Shown here: positions 58,882 through 64,000 of the stretch, in pieces
Position numbering within the stretch: position 1 is the stretch's first letter
How the letters are laid out: each line of letters opens with the position of its first letter
Source of the DNA: Macrostomum lignano
Taxonomy: Eukaryota
Direction: 5' to 3'
Length of the DNA: 64,000 nt
Assembly (NCBI GenBank): GCA_002269645.1
Contig: NIVC01001006.1
Coordinates: forward strand, 151,147 to 215,146
The notes under the pieces: generated by a model
Database searches by the model: none
What the model saw: the letters and a program-made list of their open reading frames with translations, nothing else
What the model was told of the DNA's origin: nothing
Position numbers and translations under genes: made by a program

Positions 58882-61242
58882 GGTGCTGGAATTGAGCAAA
58901 AAAGTGCATTGCTGAAATCAAAGGTAATAATTGTATTTAAAGGCGCAGTAATATTACTCGCCAAAATAAATAAAACATCATCTTTATTAAATATTTAAAG
59001 GTTTGAGCTCAAATATATTTATCCTAGTAAATCAACAGAATTTTATCATGTCATCTAGAAAGTTTTTGTGCTTTTTATAAACTATGATTGGTCAGAGCAA
59101 AAAGCTTATATAATATATGTAATATTTATTCAAAAAATTGTCATCCCTAGCTGCAACAACAGTTTTGCCAATGAGTTATAGGCCTAAGCCACTCCAAACC
59201 AGATCTGTAAAACTGACCATCCTTGGATGAAAAATCAATTGAATCTTGTTTAACTCATCTATATTTGAGAAAATTTTGATAGTCAAAAAGTTGGTTAAGT
59301 TTAAAAGTAATAAATAATTGGAATGAGAATTTTCTAGGCTATAATTTAGAGATGGTAACATATCCCAACCTAACTAAATTAGCTATTGAACTGCCATGTT
59401 TAAATTGTTAAAATAACTCTCAGATATAGATATCAACTTTTGATAGGTACCAAAAACCTTTTTTGGTGACATAGAACCTTTTTGCTACTGACCATATTTG
59501 AGGCTAGTAATAAAGGTACTTTTTGCTTTTGGGAGATCAACATGGCTTACTAAATGTCTAAAAAATATTTCATCACCATGCCACATGTCTGCTAGTTTTT
59601 AACATACTCTATTAGTATTAGGGTCATAAAATGTGCTTAAAAATTAAATAGCTATAGTATAGGCCTAACAAAATTATAATCTATATTTTTATGCATATCA
59701 ATTTTAATGAAATGACAATAACACAAAAATATGCATTATATCATATTTTTAATTTAAATTGTACAGCAAAATCCTTGGCTGGATTTTGACTTAAATCATC
59801 AAAGGGCTAATTTTCTTCTTAGAATAGAATTTCCTTTTTTTAGTTCTAAAACTAAAGTATTTTTATGACTATTTATCATGTTTATTTACAATCAGAAAAA
59901 AAATGGATTAGGCATTAGAATTTTAAATGCTAAAAACTATTACAATTAAAACATTATTGTGAAATGATATATTATTTGTTAGTCAAAATAATAGGCATAT
60001 ATATACTAATATTATTATTAGAAAGCATACAATTAATTTTATTTTTGTATCACAGAAAAAATAATCAATTTGTTCAATCACTTTTATCTAACGCCACAAC
60101 ATCAAGATCAATGTCCGGCTTCTTGAATATCGCTCGGGGAATCCCTGCATCTATTAGTTCGCTTTCCAAGAAACAGGTAATATTGGACATTTCGAATTTC
60201 TGCACTTGACATTTTCGCGAGCTCTGTTCCTTCTCGCGCATCTAATAGAATGTTAGGTAAAATTTTATCTTTTTTATTAAAAGGTATTCAATCTCATAAT
60301 TTTTAACATTTCTGTCTTTGCCTATCAAATTGAACTGTTGCTACTTGTTTAATTGTTGGCAAGCAACAACACGCATATTTAACGTGCTAGAGCTCTATAA
60401 TATTTTTCTGACTTAAGCCACTTACCTTAAACTTATACCACCCTGATAATTATAATTTATTATTAGTAAAGTCGAGTAGACAAAATAGCTATCCAGTACT
60501 ATGTTTTCTGTTCTCTTAAGTCAACCCAGAAGGCAGGATTAAAATTATTTGCGCTCTTCAATGTTGTTTAAGGTACTGGCTGGTTATATACTTCAACTTC
60601 GAGGGTATATAACTGGCTGGTTTATGGTCACTGTTTTGTTTCTGTTATACTTATATATTTTTTATATTTAAACAACTTCTCTAAACACCAATCTAGTTCT
60701 AGACTGACTAGGATCTATTTCAAGCATACTAACATACTAGCATTATATGAAATCTCCATTTAAATTTAAATAACCAAAAGAAAAGCAGAATGAAGCAAAC
60801 AAGTCAATGACAATACAGTATATTTCAATACCTGTGTGATAGATTTGCACTATGCCTAGTAAGCAAATTCAAATCATTTAGTATATAAAAAATCAGTTTA
60901 ACTACTAAATATATATTACCATTGGCGTCAACCATCAATGTATTAATTGTAAATCAATGAATGTTATTATGTCAAAAAACTAAACTTGTTCTGCTTTTAA
61001 AGTCCTAAACAAAAAATTTTAAGTTGGGATATGCAATATATAAAATTTCATTAGTTTAAATTCTCTGCCACTATATCTACCACATTACCCTTAAAATCCT
61101 AGATTTGATACTACCTAAAAGACTTTAATATATATCTTAATATTGATTTTAGCATATCCTTTATAAAACTAGAAAGTAATATATCAATGATCATTACATT
61201 GAATTTCTGGTATTGAAATCCTAGACTACAAGCTTAGGCATC

Positions 61243-62983
61243 ATGGCACTAGACAAGCTGCTAGTGATCTCGCTAGTGCTATTTAGCTTAGCAGAAGTAT
61301 TTGTACTAGTCAGTCTAGCTATGCCCAACTGGTTGGTGTCTAGCCTCAATGGGGAACTGCGCATTGGCCTGCTCTCAGCCTGCCTGACATTGCAAGGCAA
61401 CTCAGATGAGGTTGGTTTCTGTTTCTAATGGCATTTCATTGAACTTCAATATATCCTAACTTATCTATATTAAATGTTGTAGCATTTCATGATATTCCTT
61501 CCTTTGATAATGATATCACACTTTGAGATCACATTATCTTTGTCATTTGATGCATCATTGAATGTCACATCCTCTAGTGTTACATCCTCTAATGTCACAT
61601 CCTCTAGTGTTATATCCTCTAATGTCACATCCTCTAGTGTTACATTCTCTAATGTCCCATCCTCTAGTGTTACATCCTCGAATGTCATATCATTTAGTAT
61701 CACATCCTCTAATGTCATATCCGTGAATGTCACATCACATCCTCTAATGTCACATCCTCTAATGTCACATCCTCTAGTGTTATATCCTCTAATGTCACAT
61801 CCTCTAGTGTCAACCTCTAGTGTCACATCCTCTAATGTCACATCATCTAGTGTTACATCCTCTAATGTCACATCCTCTAGTGTTATATCCTCTAATGTCA
61901 TATCATTTAGTATCACATCCTCTAGTGTCATATCCGTGAATGTCACATCACATCCTCTAATGTCACATCCTCTAGTGTCACATCCTCTAGTGTCACATCC
62001 TCTAATGTCACATCCTCTAGTGTTACATCCTCTAATGTCACATCCTCTAGTGTTATATCCTCTAGTGTCACATCCTCTAGTTTTACATCCTCTAATGTCA
62101 CATCCTCTAGTGTTATATCCTCTAGTGTCACATCCTCTAATATCACATCCTCTAGTGTTACATCCTCTAATGTCACATCCTCTAGTGTTATATCCTCTAA
62201 TGTCACATCCTCTAGTGTTACATTCTCTAATGTCCCATCCTCTAGTGTTACATCCTCGAATGTCATATCATTTAGTATCACATCCTCTAATGTCATATCC
62301 GTGAATGTCACATCACATCCTCTAATGTCACATCCTCTAATGTCACATCCTCTAGTGTTATATCCTCTAATGTCACATCCTCTAGTGTCATATCCTTTAG
62401 TGTCACATTCTCTAATGTCATATCCTTTAGTATCACATCCTCCAATGTCACATCCTCTAATGTCACATCCTCTAGTGTCACATCCTCTAATGTCACATCC
62501 TCTAGTGTCACATCCTCTAGTGTCACATCCTCTAGTGTCACATCCTCTAATGTCACATCCTCTAGTGTCACATCCTCTAGTGTCACATCCTCGAAGGTCA
62601 CCTCCACTAATGCCTCATCCTTGACTGCCCCAAAGGTGTGCTTCTCCCACCAGCCGACCAACACCGCCTGGCTGCTGGTGTTCGCCCTGGTGGTCATTGG
62701 CGTTGTCGGCCTGCTCGGCACTGTCGGGCTGCTGGCCGCCTCCCATCGCAAGGCCTCCATGGCGGATCCGGCCCGCTGGCTGGGCTTCGCCACCATGCTG
62801 GTGCTGTCGGTGGCCGCCGTGGTCTTTCCGCTCGGCTTCTCCAGCGAGCAAGTTGGCGGCGAGCTGTACAACCTGCCGCTGATGTACCAGGTGGGCGTCT
62901 CCTACGTGTTCTTCTTCGTGGCGCTGTGGATGACGGTGCTGGCCGAGCTGTTCATGGGCAAGGGCTGCATCCCCCGCTTCTAG
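61243..62983 (+). CDS. MOSMO: Modulator of Smoothened (MOSMO/C16orf52), claudin-like tetraspan protein; 2 exons
   Basis: Exons 61243-61410 and 62636-62983. LDKLLVIS...SLAMPNW...LRIGL, LLAASH, ARWLGF, VFPLGF..EQVGGELYNLP..YQVGVSY and LFMGKGCIP follow recalled MOSMO. Confidence 0.85.
61560..62600. repeat. 15-bp minisatellite with higher-order blocks, MOSMO intron
   Basis: CCTCTAGTGTCACAT / CCTCTAATGTCACAT. Confidence 0.96.
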
Positions 62984-63109
62984 TCTGACCCGACCCGACG
63001 TTCCTATCAGATGACGAGGCACTAAATAATCTTAAAAGCAACTATAGTTACTCCGGCCGTTTACCCTTCCGGCTACCGTTTCACTTTACTAGTCACTCCC
63101 TTAGTTGTC

Positions 63110-63415
63110 CGTTGCTAAAGTTTAACTATCCGTTGCTATGGTTAAGCTATCAGTTGCTATGGTTAAACTATCAGTTGCTATGGTTAAACTATCAGTTGGT
63201 ATGGTTAAACTATCAGTTGGTATGGTTAAGCTATCAGTTGCTATGGTTAAACTATCAGTTGCTATGGTTAAACTATCAGTTGGTATGGTTAAACTATCAG
63301 TTGCTATGGTTAAACTATCAGTTGCTAGGATTAAACTATCCGTTGATAAAGTTAAACTATCAGTTGCTAAGGTTAACTATCCGTTGCTAAGGTTGAACTA
63401 TCCAATTGCTAAAGT
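63110..63415. repeat. 21-bp minisatellite downstream of MOSMO
   Basis: GTTGCTATGGTTAAACTATCA. Confidence 0.93.
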
Positions 63416-64000
63416 TTAAAATGTCAATCTCACTCTGTTGCTATGCGGTTGCTACGCGAGCTGTCTTGTGTGTTGCCTACTCCATTTTCACTCGTTTGAT
63501 TTGCTAATATTTGTTGCAATTCGCAGCGAAGCAAATTCTCGAATGCCGGAGCCTCACAGGTCTTTCTGATCCACGATGGGTTTCATTTGCTTGTAATTTT
63601 GTAAGACGTTAATTAGTTTATGTACTTTTGTGCGAATCTGGATGATGAATTTCAGACAGCCTAGCAGAGGATGGTCTCTGCATTTTATCATCAAATTTTT
63701 TTGTACTATTCAACTGTCTACGCTGTAAAAATATAACAGAAGAACAGAACAATTCAAGTTCCGCTTTGCACTTTGACGTCACAAAAATGGTAAATTATGA
63801 TTCTAAGAAACAGTTCGCTTAGGCCTGCCATTAAAGTTCATTTCGTGGCGTGTTATATGACCAACTCATTAATATTGAATTTCCTTCAATAGCAATTGGT
63901 TTTGCATTGCATTTTAAAAATTTATGCGCTCCACGCCTACTGTGAGTAGAAATGCAAGGAAAATCGATTGAAATTCAAAGGGAGACAATAGACTGCTTGG

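Noticed and set aside
60108-60175. Short ATG-initiated exon-like segment with a CAG|GTAATA donor
   Set aside because: Only 22 codons with no recognisable homology; may be a MOSMO 5' UTR exon or uORF but cannot be supported.
61470-62871. DVTLE-repeat and SHPL-repeat ORFs resembling pentapeptide-repeat proteins
   Set aside because: They are frames of the 15-bp array in the MOSMO intron.
1-64000. tRNA, rRNA or snRNA genes
   Set aside because: None recognised by eye; a tRNAscan-SE or Infernal run would be needed to exclude them.

Overview
Eukaryotic (metazoan) genomic DNA. GC-rich, CpG-rich exons, minisatellite-filled introns and AT-rich intergenic islands resemble the flatworm Macrostomum (species is inferred, not proven). 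Eight host genes were reconstructed by hand with GT-AG junctions: FBXO38-like (+), DHRS11-like SDR (+), an AMPA/kainate-type glutamate receptor subunit (-), LZTFL1 (-), ENTR1/SDCCAG3 (-), FAM92/CIBAR (+), phosphorylase kinase gamma (-) and MOSMO (+). The first 6 kb hold a young, near-intact Ty3/Gypsy LTR element inserted antisense into the RNase H domain of an older LINE. The AT-rich islands carry many DNA transposon derivatives (MULE-like, hAT, Harbinger, Merlin, P-like, Helentron-like), most with recognisable TIRs and TSDs. Top leads: (1) a RIP-like TpA-excess, CpG-free signature in the AT-rich islands that appears to spill into synonymous sites of MOSMO exon 1; (2) a probable trans-spliced ENTR1-LZTFL1 operon inside a 24 kb cluster of four cilia genes; (3) 20 of 25 introns each built from its own private minisatellite, many with splice-signal-like units. 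Gene names come from recalled motif similarity, not database searches, and all counts are by hand.
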